A stretch of 64,000 nucleotides of DNA. Origin: Myxococcota bacterium (GTDB taxonomy: Bacteria > Myxococcota_A > UBA9160 > UBA6930). Shown here piece by piece: positions 19,789-30,984 of this stretch; position 1 is the first letter of the stretch, and each line of letters opens with the position of its first letter. The notes under the pieces were generated by a model, which had not been told where the DNA came from, made no database searches, and saw only the letters and a program-made list of their open reading frames with translations. The translations under genes were made by a program, and so were the position numbers. The stretch is taken from contig OZ245015.1 of the NCBI GenBank assembly GCA_965223705.1, positions 4,320,001 through 4,384,000 on the forward strand. The letters run 5' to 3'.

Positions 19789-20097
19789 CTACGCACCCTT
19801 CAGCGCGCGCGGCACCGCGTAGAACCGCGGATGGCGATAGAGCTTGTCGTCCGCAGGGTCGAAGAACGAGGGCGCGTCTTTCGGTTGGCTCGCGGTGATC
19901 GACTCGAACGGAACCACCCACAAGCTCAGCGGATGCCCGCGACGGGCGTACACGTCGCGGGCGTTCTGGAGTGCGAGCTCGGAGTCGGGGGCGTGCACGC
20001 TCCCCACGTGGACGTGCGGCCCGCCCTCTTTTTCTTGGGCAAAGACTTCCCAAAGCGGGCCCTCGGAGAACGTCTTGTCAGTGTTGGGGGTCGCCAC
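19789..20097 (-). CDS. paaB: Phenylacetyl-CoA epoxidase subunit B
   Basis: WEVF...HVGSVHAPD.ELALQNARDVYARR; DKLYRHP. Confidence 0.95.
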   Translation of the reverse strand: MATPNTDKTFSEGPLWEVFAQEKEGGPHVHVGSVHAPDSELALQNARDVYARRGHPLSLWVVPFESITASQPKDAPSFFDPADDKLYRHPRFYAVPRALKGA

Positions 20098-20100
20098 GAT

Positions 20101-21057
20101 TTAGGCCGACAACCGGTCGGATTGACGCTTCGCCTCGTAGGCGGCTGCGGCCTCCCGCACCCACGCGCCTCCTTCGTGGGCGCGACGCCTCGCTTCGAGG
20201 CGATCGTGATTGCACGGCCCTTCCCCGCGCAGGATCGCGGCGAACTCGTCCCAATTGATGGCGCCGGTTTTCCAGTGACCGGTATCGGGATCTCGCGCTA
20301 GTTCCGGGTCGGGAATCACCAGACCCATCGCCTCCGCCTGGGGAACGGCGAGATCAACGAACCACTGCCGTAGCTCGTCGTTGCCTTTGATCTTCACTTT
20401 CCAGTCGAGAAGCACGTCGTTGTGAGCAGACGCGTCGTCGGGAGGGCCGAACATCATCAGTGTCGGCCACCACCAGCGGTCGAGTGCGTCTTGCGCCATC
20501 GCCTTTTGTTTCGGCGTGCCCTTTGCGAGATTCGACATGATCTCGATGCCCTGGCGCTTGTGAAAGTTCTCTTCCTTGCAGATGCGCACCATGGCGCGCG
20601 CGTAGGGTCCGTACGAACACTTGGTCAACATCGTCTGGTTGACGATGGCGGCCTGGTCGACGAGCCAACCGATCGCGCCGACGTCGCCCCAAGTCAACGT
20701 CGGATAGTTGAAAATGCTCGAGTAGCGAGCTCGTCCACGGAGCAGTTGATCGATGAGATCCGAGCGATCCACTCCGAGCGTTTCCGCTGCGCTGTACAAG
20801 TACTGCCCGTGGCCCGCTTCATCTTGGACCTTGGCGAGGAGGGAGATCTTGCGGCGCAGACTCGGCGCCCGGGTGATCCAGTTGCCCTCGGGCAGCATGC
20901 CCACGACTTCGGAATGCGCATGCTGGGACATCATGCGAATGAGCTGTTTCCGGTAGCGATCGGGCATCCAATCCTTCGGCTCGATGCGCTCGCCCCGTGC
21001 GATCCTCTCCTCAAAGGCCGCAGAACGGTGGTCTTCAGTGTTGGCTTCCGGCGACAT
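20101..21057 (-). CDS. paaA: Phenylacetyl-CoA epoxidase subunit A (di-iron catalytic)
   Basis: [53 protein letters not shown]. Confidence 0.97.
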   Translation of the reverse strand: MSPEANTEDHRSAAFEERIARGERIEPKDWMPDRYRKQLIRMMSQHAHSEVVGMLPEGNWITRAPSLRRKISLLAKVQDEAGHGQYLYSAAETLGVDRSDLIDQLLRGRARYSSIFNYPTLTWGDVGAIGWLVDQAAIVNQTMLTKCSYGPYARAMVRICKEENFHKRQGIEIMSNLAKGTPKQKAMAQDALDRWWWPTLMMFGPPDDASAHNDVLLDWKVKIKGNDELRQWFVDLAVPQAEAMGLVIPDPELARDPDTGHWKTGAINWDEFAAILRGEGPCNHDRLEARRRAHEGGAWVREAAAAYEAKRQSDRLSA

Positions 21058-21153
21058 GGAACCCTCCGGCTGGATAATGAATCCCGTAATAATACCGGCC
21101 GTCTAGGGATGGTTGTAGGATGGCCCCTCGGGAAACGCATCGGGCGGGAATTT

Positions 21154-22587
21154 TTGAACGAACGGGAACGCAATCAGATTCTCTGGGTACGAGCCGTGGA
21201 GGAAGCGGACGAGGGCGGTGCACTGTTGTCCCCCGCGGCCCGGGACCGCGCCTCCCGTCGTGCGCGCCCGCTGGCTCCGCCGGATGAGGCGTCGCCGGAA
21301 GCGTTTCTCGTAGCGCGGGCGGAGCTCCTCGACCGGCAAGTTGCCACGGCGGAACCGGGGCTCGAAGGCGCTCTCGAAGCGACCCAGGTGCCCTCACCGT
21401 GGCTCTTCGTCTTGCTCGGGCTTTTCTCCGGATTGGCGCTGGAGGTGATCGGCGGCGATCCCCGGATCAATTTGCTCGCCTTGCCGCTCCTCGGTGTGCT
21501 GGCCTGGAACGCCCTGCTTTTTGTCGTGGAATTCGTGCGGCTCGCCTCCGGACGCCCCATTCGATTCCCGCGCTGGCTGCGCGGCTTTCTCTCGCGCGTT
21601 CGCTTGCGCCGGGCGGGCTGGATCAAAGAAGGCGAAGCCGCCCTGCGCGCGGCGGTGGTGGCGCGCTTCGGGATGCTGTGGGTGAGCCACGGCGCCGAGC
21701 CCGCAGCGCTTCGACTGCGCGCGGGGCTCCATCTCGCGGGCTTGGGTTTCGCAGCGGGAATCGTTGCAGGGCTCTATACCGCGGGCTTTGCTCTCGCATA
21801 CCGCGCGACGTGGGAGAGCACGTTCCTCGACGCGGAGGGCGCACTGCGTTTTCTACGGGTACTGCTCGCCCCAGGGGTGAACGTCCTCGGGTTCGCGTTC
21901 CCGACGGTGACGGAATTCGCGGCGCTCGAAGCACCCGGTAGCGGCCCCGCAGCGAACTGGATCCATCTTTGGGCCGTGAGCCTCGCCGTTTGGATCGGTG
22001 CGCCTCGCGCGCTCTTCGCCGGCGTGCACGCGCTTCGGGCGCGTCGCGATAGCACCCAGGCCACGCTCGACCTCGACGATCCCTACTACCACCGCCTTCT
22101 CGCGTGGCGCGAAGCGGGCGGCCGAGGGGCCACGGTGATTCCCTACAGTACGCAGCTCGCCGCCGGCGCCGCGGCATCTCTGCGCGAGCTTTTGTTCGAG
22201 CTGCTCGGAAACCGCACCCAGGTGCGTCTCGCCGATCCTGTCCCCTACAGCGGAGCGCTTCCAGAACTCGGCAACTCTCTGGAAGACGTGGTCGTCCTCG
22301 TATTCAACCTCGCCCAATCGCCCGAGCAGGAAGTACACGGCCGCATTATCGAAGAGCTTCAAGAAAAGCTGCGCGGCCGCGGACGCTTGCTCGTTCTCCT
22401 CGACGAAGAATCCTACGCGGCGAAGGCCGATGAAGGACGGCTCCTCGAACGCCGCCGCAGCTGGCAACGTGTCGCTCGGGAATCGGGGATCGTCGCGGTA
22501 CCGTTCGCCGGAGAAACGCGGCTCGCGCGGACGACCCTCGACGCGGCCAGTCGAGAACTCGGCGTATCCCGAGGCAATGCGGCATGA
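21154..22587 (+). CDS. DUF2868 domain membrane protein
   Basis: TM segments, YRATWESTFL motif, PEQEVHG; overlaps downstream GTPase gene; TTG start at 21154 inferred (longer ORF overlaps paaA antisense). Confidence 0.75.
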   Translation: MNERERNQILWVRAVEEADEGGALLSPAARDRASRRARPLAPPDEASPEAFLVARAELLDRQVATAEPGLEGALEATQVPSPWLFVLLGLFSGLALEVIGGDPRINLLALPLLGVLAWNALLFVVEFVRLASGRPIRFPRWLRGFLSRVRLRRAGWIKEGEAALRAAVVARFGMLWVSHGAEPAALRLRAGLHLAGLGFAAGIVAGLYTAGFALAYRATWESTFLDAEGALRFLRVLLAPGVNVLGFAFPTVTEFAALEAPGSGPAANWIHLWAVSLAVWIGAPRALFAGVHALRARRDSTQATLDLDDPYYHRLLAWREAGGRGATVIPYSTQLAAGAAASLRELLFELLGNRTQVRLADPVPYSGALPELGNSLEDVVVLVFNLAQSPEQEVHGRIIEELQEKLRGRGRLLVLLDEESYAAKADEGRLLERRRSWQRVARESGIVAVPFAGETRLARTTLDAASRELGVSRGNAA

Positions 22588-24005
22588 AGAGCGACCGAGA
22601 CGTCCTTTCGCTCTCCCTGATTTCGCATACGAACGTGGGCAAGACGTCGCTCGCGCGAACACTGCTGCGACGAGACGTCGGCGAGATCCTCGATCAGGCT
22701 CACGTCACGCGCGAGGACGAACGGTTCGTGATGCTCGAAGGAGATGACGAGCACCGCATCGTGTTGTGGGACACGCCGGGGTTCGGCGACTCCGGGCGAT
22801 TGTTCGCCGAATTAGAGCGGCACGAGCGACCTCTCGAGTGGTTGTCGTCCCAGTCCTTCGATCCCGAAACCGAAGCGCCGCTTTCCTCGAGCCGCGCTGC
22901 CGTTCAGAACGTGATGCGCGAAGCAGACGTGATCCTGTATCTCGTGAACGCCTCGGAGGATCCGGCGATGGCGGGATACGTCGAGCCGGAAATGCGCATT
23001 CTCGGATGGATCGGGAAACCGGTCATCGTCCTTCTCAACCAGACCGGAAGCCCGACAGACGCGGACGAACGACGCCGGGACGAAGAACGGTGGCGCTGGC
23101 ATCTCGCGTCTTTCGCGTCGGTTCACGAAGTGATGAGCCTCGACGCGTTCTCCCGCTGCTGGGTTCAGGAGGGTCTCCTCCTGCTCCGGCTCGAAGCACT
23201 CGTCGAAGAGCGCCATCGCAAGCACATGACCCAACTCCTCGAGCGTTGGCGACGCGACAACTTGGCGATCCTGTCGGAAGCCGCAGGCGAATTCGCGAAC
23301 GCCCTGTGGGCATCCGCGTGCGACCGCGAGACCGTCGGCGAAGCCGTCCTCTCTCGCGTCGCCCGCAAGCGGGCGGCGGAAGAGCTCGCCCGACGCCTCG
23401 ACGCGAGAACCCGCGCCTCACTCGATCGATTGATCGCGTTGTACGGACTCGAAGGCGAAGCCGCGACGTGGGCGCGCGGGGCCTTCGCCGATGTCAAAGT
23501 GCCCGGCGACAAGCCCGACCCGCGAAAGATTTCGGTGCTGGGCGGCATGGCTGGGGGAGCACTCGGCGGACTCATCGCCGACATCGCTCACGGTGGACTC
23601 ACGTTCGGCGGGGGAACCGTCGCGGGCGCGATTCTCGGTGGCCTCGGCCTCGGCGGATTGGCCTGGGCCTACGAACAGCTCACGGGACAGTCCGGGGAGC
23701 CGGTGGTTGCGTGGTCGCCCGCGTTTATCGAACGACTCGTACGCGACGGGCTGCTGCGCTACCTCGCGGTGGCCCACTTCGGGCGCGGTGCCGGGGCCTT
23801 CCGCGATCGAGTCACCCCGGCGGCTTGGGCGCCGCGGGTCGAGCAACTGCTCGAGCGCAATGGGCGCGCCTTCGCAAAATTGGTCAAAAACGCGAAGCCC
23901 GAAGCGCGCGGAGAAACACCGAGCGCGCTGGTTGCGCAATATGAGCAGTCTTTAAAAGGCCTGCTCGCGGATCTCTACCCTGGGTCGGAACGACTGCTTC
24001 GCTAG
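22584..24005 (+). CDS. P-loop GTPase with DUF3482 domain
   Basis: [21 protein letters not shown]; Gly-rich hydrophobic hairpin; [10 protein letters not shown]. Confidence 0.85.
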   Translation: MKSDRDVLSLSLISHTNVGKTSLARTLLRRDVGEILDQAHVTREDERFVMLEGDDEHRIVLWDTPGFGDSGRLFAELERHERPLEWLSSQSFDPETEAPLSSSRAAVQNVMREADVILYLVNASEDPAMAGYVEPEMRILGWIGKPVIVLLNQTGSPTDADERRRDEERWRWHLASFASVHEVMSLDAFSRCWVQEGLLLLRLEALVEERHRKHMTQLLERWRRDNLAILSEAAGEFANALWASACDRETVGEAVLSRVARKRAAEELARRLDARTRASLDRLIALYGLEGEAATWARGAFADVKVPGDKPDPRKISVLGGMAGGALGGLIADIAHGGLTFGGGTVAGAILGGLGLGGLAWAYEQLTGQSGEPVVAWSPAFIERLVRDGLLRYLAVAHFGRGAGAFRDRVTPAAWAPRVEQLLERNGRAFAKLVKNAKPEARGETPSALVAQYEQSLKGLLADLYPGSERLLR

Positions 24006-24643
24006 GCGTCGTCCGGGAACGGGACGCCCGTACCACCGATCCCGCAATAGCCCATGGGGTTCTTGTCGAGATATTGCTGGTGGTAGTCCTCAGCGTAGTA
24101 GAACGGACCGGCGGGCTCGATTTCGGTCGTGATCGACGGGCCGCCCGCTTGGGAGATCGCTTTTTGGTACATCTCGCGCGTCTCGAGAGCCGCTTCGCGT
24201 TGCGCGTCGTTCAAGGTGTAGATCGCGGAGCGGTACTGAGTTCCGACGTCGTTTCCCTGACGCATTCCCTGGGTCGGATCGTGCGCCTCCCAGAACACCT
24301 TGAGTAGCGCCCGGTAGCTCACGATCGCGGGATCGAAGACCACCAGCACGACTTCGTTGTGCCCAGTGAGCCCGCTACAGACTTCTTCATACGTCGCGTT
24401 CGGCGTGTGGCCGCCCGCATAGCCGACTGCGGTGCTGTAGACGCCGGGCACCTGCCAGAATTTGCGTTCGACGCCCCAAAAGCAGCCGGCTCCGAAAATC
24501 GCCTGTTCGAGACCCTCGGGAAACGGCCCTTTGAGCGGGTGCCCCGAAACCGTGTGCTGGGGCGGAACGGGCATCGCTGTATCGCGTCCCGGTAGGGCCT
24601 CATCCGGAGCGGGAACCTCGAGCTTTTTCTGAAAGAGCGCCAT
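24002..24643 (-). CDS. msrA: Peptide-methionine (S)-S-oxide reductase
   Basis: [41 protein letters not shown] before ATG 24643. Confidence 0.97.
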   Translation of the reverse strand: MALFQKKLEVPAPDEALPGRDTAMPVPPQHTVSGHPLKGPFPEGLEQAIFGAGCFWGVERKFWQVPGVYSTAVGYAGGHTPNATYEEVCSGLTGHNEVVLVVFDPAIVSYRALLKVFWEAHDPTQGMRQGNDVGTQYRSAIYTLNDAQREAALETREMYQKAISQAGGPSITTEIEPAGPFYYAEDYHQQYLDKNPMGYCGIGGTGVPFPDDA

Positions 24644-24686
24644 CGCGTACCTCCGCGAGACAGTGTACCGGTGTCTGGCCCGGGTT

Positions 24687-25517
24687 TCAGGCGGGGGCCG
24701 GAAGGCCTTCGAGGAACTCGCGCAGGATGCCCCCCACTTCGTCGCGGTGGCTTCGCAGAGGGAAGTGCCCCGCACCCTCAACGACGTGCAGGACGGCGCC
24801 GGGAATAACCGACGCGACCTGGCGGGACATCGCTTCTGTGGGGAAGTGGTCCTCCGCGCCGGAAACGATGAGTGCCGGGCAGCGGATCTTTGCGCAGTCG
24901 TCCACCCAATCGGACCGGGAGTACGTCTCGTCGAGGACCGCGAGAAGCGTCTCGACCGTGTGATCTCGCAGGCCGTGAATCGCGCGCGCGAGCCGATCCG
25001 AGTCGGCGGCGAGTCGATCGGCCACTTGGTCGTTCATTCGGAGACGCACGTTTTCGATGTAGAACGCCCCGAACTCGCCCGCTTCCACGAGCGGGCGGTG
25101 CGCTTTCCACCACGCGACGTCTTCCGGCGTGGGCCCGAACGGCGGGCCGCTGATCGAAATCAGCGCGCGCACGCGCTCCGGGTAGTGGGAGGCGACATAG
25201 AGCGAGAGCGCACCCCCCATCGACGGACCGCCGAAAATCGCGCGCTCGATCCCCAAGGTGTCGATCCACGCCATGAGGTCCCGCGCTTTGCAGGCATACG
25301 TATTTTCTTCGCGCTTCGGCGACTTTTCGGAAAGCCCGTGACCCCGCGCGTCGGGATGGAGCACGCGGTAGGTCGCCCACAAAGGCTCGAGGTCGGCCAC
25401 GACGTTCCGCGATTCTTCGACCGACCCCGGGTGGATCCACACCACCGCGGGCCCGGTCGGATTACCGCGGGCGAGCCAGTGGACGCGCGCGCCGTGATGG
25501 AGGATGCACTCGGGCAT
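24687..25517 (-). CDS. Alpha/beta fold hydrolase
   Basis: DARGHGLS, nucleophile GPSMGG, GAED, AGHF. Confidence 0.88.
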   Translation of the reverse strand: MPECILHHGARVHWLARGNPTGPAVVWIHPGSVEESRNVVADLEPLWATYRVLHPDARGHGLSEKSPKREENTYACKARDLMAWIDTLGIERAIFGGPSMGGALSLYVASHYPERVRALISISGPPFGPTPEDVAWWKAHRPLVEAGEFGAFYIENVRLRMNDQVADRLAADSDRLARAIHGLRDHTVETLLAVLDETYSRSDWVDDCAKIRCPALIVSGAEDHFPTEAMSRQVASVIPGAVLHVVEGAGHFPLRSHRDEVGGILREFLEGLPAPA

Positions 25518-25523
25518 GGGGCG

Positions 25524-26753
25524 CTAGGCGACGTGCGCTTCCCGCTCGATCAATTCGCGCTGCACGTCGGTGATGTAGTCGCGAACAGTCGGAGCCGCGT
25601 CTCGCTGGCGCGCGAGCTGCATCTGAAACGCGAGCTGGCTCCCGGTTCGAAACATCATCTCGGCGCTGATCAGGTAGAACTCGAACATTCGGCAGAAGCG
25701 CTCGTCGTACATCTCCGCGATCGTTTTTCGATTCGCCTCGAAACGGTCGTGCCAGTTGCGGACCGTATCCGCGTAGTGAACGCGCAAGAACTCGAGATCC
25801 GTCACCCACAAACTGTGCTGCTCGACCGACGCGAACACTTCCGATAGCGCCGGCGAGTAGGCTCCGGGGAAGATGTACTTACGGAGCCACGGACTCGCCG
25901 TTCCGGGCGGGCTCATGTGACCGATTGAATGGAGGACGGCGACGCCGTCGTCGACCATCAGCTCGTTGATCTTGTCGAAGAACTCTCCGTAGTGCGCGAC
26001 GCCGACGTGCTCGAACATGCCCACGGAAACGATGCGGTCGAAGCGTTCCGAGACCTCGCGGTAATCCTTGAGTTCGAACCGCACGCGCCCCAGGAGACCC
26101 GACGCCTCCGCCCGCTGGCACGCGAGCTCGTGCTGTTCTTTCGAGAGCGTCACGCCGAGGACTTCTACCGGAACGACTTCAGCGAGATAGAGGGCGAGCC
26201 CTCCCCAGCCGCAACCGATGTCGAGAACGCGCTGCCCCGGCTTCAAGCCGAGCTTTGCGGCGAGGAGCCGGCACTTGTTTCGCTGTGCCTCTTCGAGGGT
26301 ATCGCTGGGATTTCTGAAATAGCCGCAGGAGTAGAACATCCCGTCGTCGAGAAACAAGCGATAGAAATCGTTTCCCAGGTCGTAGTGGTGCGCGACGTTC
26401 CGCTGCGCCTTGCCGATCGGATTCGCCTGTTGAAACCGCTTCAACCCCCGGGAAATGCGACGCAGGAAGCTCTGCATTGGATACGAACCCAAGTTCAGTC
26501 GGTTCGTCGAGAACAGGGTCAAAAAATCGCGAAGGCTCGATTCCGGAAAGGTCAGGCGCCCGTCCATGAACGCTTCGCCGGCGTGAAGCTCCGGGTTGAG
26601 GAAGAGCTTCCAGTAGAGACTCGGGTCGGAGAGGCGCATCGTCACGTCGAGCCCCGGCTCGCCAGCGAAGACGTGGGAGCGGCCCGCTGCGTCGATCACC
26701 GTCAGTCGACCCACTCGAACGAACGACTGCAACATGTGGGAAAGCGGGAACAT
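25524..26753 (-). CDS. cfa: Cyclopropane-fatty-acyl-phospholipid synthase family methyltransferase
   Basis: HHYDLGN, YSCGYF, LDIGCGWGG, SVGMFEHVG, KYIFPG. Confidence 0.92.
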   Translation of the reverse strand: MFPLSHMLQSFVRVGRLTVIDAAGRSHVFAGEPGLDVTMRLSDPSLYWKLFLNPELHAGEAFMDGRLTFPESSLRDFLTLFSTNRLNLGSYPMQSFLRRISRGLKRFQQANPIGKAQRNVAHHYDLGNDFYRLFLDDGMFYSCGYFRNPSDTLEEAQRNKCRLLAAKLGLKPGQRVLDIGCGWGGLALYLAEVVPVEVLGVTLSKEQHELACQRAEASGLLGRVRFELKDYREVSERFDRIVSVGMFEHVGVAHYGEFFDKINELMVDDGVAVLHSIGHMSPPGTASPWLRKYIFPGAYSPALSEVFASVEQHSLWVTDLEFLRVHYADTVRNWHDRFEANRKTIAEMYDERFCRMFEFYLISAEMMFRTGSQLAFQMQLARQRDAAPTVRDYITDVQRELIEREAHVA

Positions 26754-26761
26754 AGAGGCTC

Positions 26762-27988
26762 CTAGCGCGCGGGTTCTCCGGGAATGGTTTCGCGCTGCAA
26801 CACGTCGTCGGTTTCCATCGCTGCGATTTCCGCCTCGTCGTAGCCGAGCATGCCGGACAACACATCGCGATTGTGCTCGCCGAGGTAGGGGGCTTCGAGA
26901 TCGAGCGACTCCGGGAAGTCCGAAAAGCGCAGCGGATTCCCCGGCACGTGGAAATCGGGCAGCCCGCGGTCGGAAATCGTTCGAATCGTTCCCCGCGCGC
27001 GGTGGTGCGGATGCTCCATCGCCTCTTTCACGGTGAGGACCGGACCCACCGGGATCCGGCCTTCCATCAGGGCGTCCATCGCTGCGTCGTCGCTCTCCAT
27101 GCCCCGAATCCAGGTTTCGACGATCTCTACGAGCGCGTCGACGTTCTCGACGCGCTTGCCGTTATCGACGAAGCGCGGATCCTGGATGATGTCTTCGCGC
27201 CCGATGACTTTGCAGAACTGCGGCCACTGGTGCTCGAGCGCGACGATGAACATGTAGCGCTCTCGTCCTCGGAAGATGCCGGTGGGTGCCAACGCGAAAT
27301 GGTGCCGACCGTTCCGCGTCGGATTCATCGCGCCTTCGGACAGGCTGACGACCTGGGTGGTGATGTCGTGGTGGTGGAAGTAGCAATCGAGGAGCGAGAT
27401 ATCCAAGTACTGGCCTTTTCCGCTCTTCTCGCGGTGCAGCAGTGCGGCGTTGATCGCCCCGAAGGCGTGAGCTCCGGTCAGGGTGTCACCCAGACTGAAC
27501 ATCGGATAAGACGGCGCCCCGCCCTTCTCGCCGATCAGTTCCGTGATCCCGGCGAATGCCTGGGCGATCGGGTCGTAGCCCACCATCTTCGCAAGTGGCC
27601 CGGTCTGACCGAACGTCGTGATCGAGCACATCACCGCGCGTGGATTGATCTCGTGGACGACATCCCAGCCGAGTCCGAGGCGCGCAATCGCGCCCACGGA
27701 AAAATTCTCGATCACCACGTCCGCTTTCGCGACCAGCTTTTTCGCAGCTTCGAGAGCGCGCGGGTCGCGGAGATCGAGACACACGCTCTTCTTGCCTCGG
27801 TTCTGCTGCACGAAGTACCCGCTGCGCCCGTCCTTTACGAAAGGCAGCCCGCGAGCGCCATCGCCGGTAGGCGCCGCCTCGACCTTGATCACGTCGGCGC
27901 CCAGCTCGGCAAAGAGTCGGGTGCAGGCCGGCCCCGCGAGGAAATGAGTGAAATCGAGCACGGTGTAGCCGCTGAGTAGATGCGCCAC
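26762..27988 (-). CDS. Family III (CaiB/BaiF) CoA-transferase
   Basis: LDFTHFLAGP, ELGADVIKVE, NRGKKS, APYLGEH; GTG 27988 preceded by GGAGG. Confidence 0.92.
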   Translation of the reverse strand: MAHLLSGYTVLDFTHFLAGPACTRLFAELGADVIKVEAAPTGDGARGLPFVKDGRSGYFVQQNRGKKSVCLDLRDPRALEAAKKLVAKADVVIENFSVGAIARLGLGWDVVHEINPRAVMCSITTFGQTGPLAKMVGYDPIAQAFAGITELIGEKGGAPSYPMFSLGDTLTGAHAFGAINAALLHREKSGKGQYLDISLLDCYFHHHDITTQVVSLSEGAMNPTRNGRHHFALAPTGIFRGRERYMFIVALEHQWPQFCKVIGREDIIQDPRFVDNGKRVENVDALVEIVETWIRGMESDDAAMDALMEGRIPVGPVLTVKEAMEHPHHRARGTIRTISDRGLPDFHVPGNPLRFSDFPESLDLEAPYLGEHNRDVLSGMLGYDEAEIAAMETDDVLQRETIPGEPAR

Positions 27989-28086
27989 GAGACCTCCTGC
28001 AGCCCGAGCCGGGAAAACCGGCTGGTACGGGGCAATCACTCGGTGCAGAATAGGCGACTTTCGACGAACGCCTGGAGGAAACCTCA

Positions 28087-28857
28087 GTGCAAACCGGCCC
28101 CCGACTGGCGGGCAAGAATATCCTCGTCACCGGCGGAGCCAGTGGGATCGGGAGAGCGGCCTCGCTCAGGCTGGGTGTCGAAGGCGCCCGGGTGTGCGTC
28201 GCGGATATCGCTTCCGAAGGCGTTCGCGCTGTAGCCGACGAGATCGAGTCCGCGGGCGGCCAGGCCGAGCCGCTCACGCTCGACGTGACCGACGGAGGCG
28301 CCGTCGCGGCCGCGATCGCGAATTTTGCGAGCCGGAACGGGAGACTCGACGGCGCGTTCAACAACGCGGGCATCGAGGGTCCCGCGCTCCGGACGCTCGA
28401 GTACCCCGACGATGCGTGGGATCGCGTCCTCGACGTCAACTTGAAGGGCGTGTGGTGGTGCATGAAGGCCGAGCTCTCCCAAATGATGTCCCAGGGCGGA
28501 GGCGGCTCGATCGTCAACACTGCATCGGTCGCCGGCATTCGGGGGTTCCCGGGAGCTTCGGCCTATGTCGCTTCGAAGCACGGGGTCGTCGGTCTCACGC
28601 GCTCCGCCGCCGTGGAATACGCCCGCCACGGAATCCGCGTGAACGCCATCTGCCCGGGCTTTATCAAGACGCCCATGGCGGACCGTGTGGGAGAGGCCGG
28701 ACGGGTGAACCCCGACGCCATGGGAGGCCTCGCACCCATTGGGCGGATGGGAGAGGCACGCGAAATCGGCGACGCCGCGAGTTGGCTGCTCTCCGACGAG
28801 GCGGGCTTCACAACCGGCGTGGCACTCGAAGTCGACGGGGGATACGCCGCTCGCTAA
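28087..28857 (+). CDS. Short-chain dehydrogenase/reductase
   Basis: TGGASGIG, NNAG, YVASK, VDGG. Confidence 0.95.
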   Translation: MQTGPRLAGKNILVTGGASGIGRAASLRLGVEGARVCVADIASEGVRAVADEIESAGGQAEPLTLDVTDGGAVAAAIANFASRNGRLDGAFNNAGIEGPALRTLEYPDDAWDRVLDVNLKGVWWCMKAELSQMMSQGGGGSIVNTASVAGIRGFPGASAYVASKHGVVGLTRSAAVEYARHGIRVNAICPGFIKTPMADRVGEAGRVNPDAMGGLAPIGRMGEAREIGDAASWLLSDEAGFTTGVALEVDGGYAAR

Positions 28858-28869
28858 GCGGCAGTCGGT

Positions 28870-29877
28870 ATGCAACGTCGGATCGGCATCATGTTGTGGC
28901 CGTCCCCCGGGATCGACGCGGGCTTCTCCCGCGCGCTCTGGTGTGAGCAGGAAGGATTCGACGACGTCTGGTTCCCCGACGGCGAGGGAATGCAGGACGC
29001 GCTGACCCTTGCTGCCGGGGTCGCTTCTCGAACCGCTCGTATCCGTTTGTGTACGGGGATCGTCCCCGTCTACAACCGCCCCCCCGCTGTCTTGGCGACT
29101 TCAGCGCTCGCGCTGTCTCACCTCGCTCCCGGTCGGTTCGTCCTTGGGATTGGATCCTCGACGCACGCGATGATCGAGAACTGGTACGGCCGGTCTTTCG
29201 AGAAGCCTTTGGCCAACGTTCGCGAAACGACGCAGCTCTTGCGCCGCCTGTTCGCGGGCGAGAAAACGGATTTTCAAGGCGAGGTCCTTCGCAGTCGGGG
29301 TTTCCGGTTGAAGGAGCGCCCGGGCGGCGAGATTCCGATTCATATCGCCGCCATGGGGCCCAAGATGCTTCGCCTCGCCGGCGAAGTGGGAGACGGTGTC
29401 GTGTTGAACGACATGACCCCCGACGACCGTATTCCCGCAGCGCTCGAACAGATCGACGAAGGCGCGAAGCGAAGCGGACGTCGGGTCGAAGACCTCGAAA
29501 TCTCGATCCGGCGTGCCACCCTCGTCACCGACGATGAGAACGACGCTCGAGAGATGTTCCGGAGCCAGTTCACCTTTTATGCGTCAACTCCGGTGTACCA
29601 ACGGCAAATGATCGAGCTCGGCTACGCATCGGCGATCGATGAGATTCGGCTCGGCTACGCGAACCGCGATCGGGGGCGCAGCCTCCGCGCCGTCGACGAT
29701 GCCATGGTCGAACGGTTCTACGTTTTCGGTGATGGCGAAGCCTGTCGCCGGCGGGTCCGCGCGAGTTTCGACGCCGGGATCGACACGGTGTTCGTGAGCC
29801 CTCAGGCGCGTTGTAGCGACCACTTCGATGCCACGTGCCGAGCGTTTGCGCCGACCGTCTTTGCCACCGGATCGTGA
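28870..29877 (+). CDS. LLM class flavin/F420-dependent oxidoreductase
   Basis: GFDDVW, GRFVLGIG, IHIAAMGPKMLRLAGEVGDG. Confidence 0.9.
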   Translation: MQRRIGIMLWPSPGIDAGFSRALWCEQEGFDDVWFPDGEGMQDALTLAAGVASRTARIRLCTGIVPVYNRPPAVLATSALALSHLAPGRFVLGIGSSTHAMIENWYGRSFEKPLANVRETTQLLRRLFAGEKTDFQGEVLRSRGFRLKERPGGEIPIHIAAMGPKMLRLAGEVGDGVVLNDMTPDDRIPAALEQIDEGAKRSGRRVEDLEISIRRATLVTDDENDAREMFRSQFTFYASTPVYQRQMIELGYASAIDEIRLGYANRDRGRSLRAVDDAMVERFYVFGDGEACRRRVRASFDAGIDTVFVSPQARCSDHFDATCRAFAPTVFATGS

Positions 29878-29886
29878 GGAAAATCG

Positions 29887-30906
29887 ATGCCGCGCCAATC
29901 GCGAAAGCTTCGCTTCGGTCTCTGGTACGCGTTTCGCAACCCCGAAGCCTGGAGACGTCCCTTCCCAGAAATCTATGCCGAGGTCTTCGAGCAAATCGAG
30001 TGGGCGGAGCACCGCGGCTTCGACGACGTCTGGTTGACCGAGCACCATTTTTGCGAGGACGGACACGCGCCCTCGATCCTTCCTCTCGCCGCAGCCGTCG
30101 CGGCGCGGACGAAACGCATCCGGATCGGTACGGGCGTTCTGCTGCTCCCGCTCCACAATCCCGTCCGCGTCGCCGAAGATGGCGCGACCATCGACATCAT
30201 TTCGAACGGTCGGTTCGAGTTGGGCGTCGGAGTCGGCTACCGGCCGCAAGAATTCCCCGCTCTCGGCGCAAGACGCGAGGAGCGTGCGACGCGAACCGAC
30301 GAAGGGCTCGAGATCATTCGTCGGCTCTGGGCCGGTGAAACGCTTTCCTTCTCCGGCCGGCATCACCAGTTCGAGAACGTGAAGCTCGAGCCGATGCCTG
30401 TACAGGAGCCGCCGCCGATCTGGGTCGGCGGGTTTGCGCCCGCATCGGTGCGACGCGCAGCGCGTTTGGGAGATGGCTACCTCGGCACGGCCGACGACGG
30501 GACGCTCACCGCCCTCTACCGTGAGGAACTGGCAAAAGCGGGCAAAGACCCCTCGGCCGCGCGCATCGCCGGGGGGCACTTTTGGCTCATCGCTTCTCGC
30601 GACCCGGAAAAAACCTGGGCCGAGCTCGCACCCCACGTCCTCTATCAGATGCAGGTCTACAACCGCTGGCTCGAGGACGCGGGCCAGGCGCTTTTCCCGG
30701 AGATGTCCGATGTCGAGGCGCTTCGCGCCACGGGACTGCTCAAGGTCCTGACACCGGCCGAGGTCGTCCGGGAAATCCGGACTTACCTCGAGATTTGCCC
30801 ACTCGAGAGGTATTACAGCTGGACGATTCCGCCGGGCGTACCCGCCGAGGCGATGACGCCGTATCTCGAGCTTTTTGCGGCAGAGGTGATTCCCCACTTC
30901 CAGTGA
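29887..30906 (+). CDS. LLM class flavin-dependent oxidoreductase
   Basis: VWLTEHHF, NPVRVAED, GRFELGVGVGY, PPIWVGG. Confidence 0.9.
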   Translation: MPRQSRKLRFGLWYAFRNPEAWRRPFPEIYAEVFEQIEWAEHRGFDDVWLTEHHFCEDGHAPSILPLAAAVAARTKRIRIGTGVLLLPLHNPVRVAEDGATIDIISNGRFELGVGVGYRPQEFPALGARREERATRTDEGLEIIRRLWAGETLSFSGRHHQFENVKLEPMPVQEPPPIWVGGFAPASVRRAARLGDGYLGTADDGTLTALYREELAKAGKDPSAARIAGGHFWLIASRDPEKTWAELAPHVLYQMQVYNRWLEDAGQALFPEMSDVEALRATGLLKVLTPAEVVREIRTYLEICPLERYYSWTIPPGVPAEAMTPYLELFAAEVIPHFQ

Positions 30907-30984
30907 GAGAAGACGCAACTTGCGGGTCCGTTGCCGGCCAGCGAGCCCTTAATCTCGACCCGCAAGCCGGCCGATAGAACGAAG

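Noticed and set aside
21090..21108. Possible TetR/PaaR operator upstream of paaA (ATACCGGCCGTCTAG)
   Set aside because: Palindrome too imperfect and no regulator gene in the window.
20422..21153. 721-aa ORF suggesting a large fusion protein
   Set aside because: The upstream part is antisense to paaA; DUF2868-like sequence starts near 21154.
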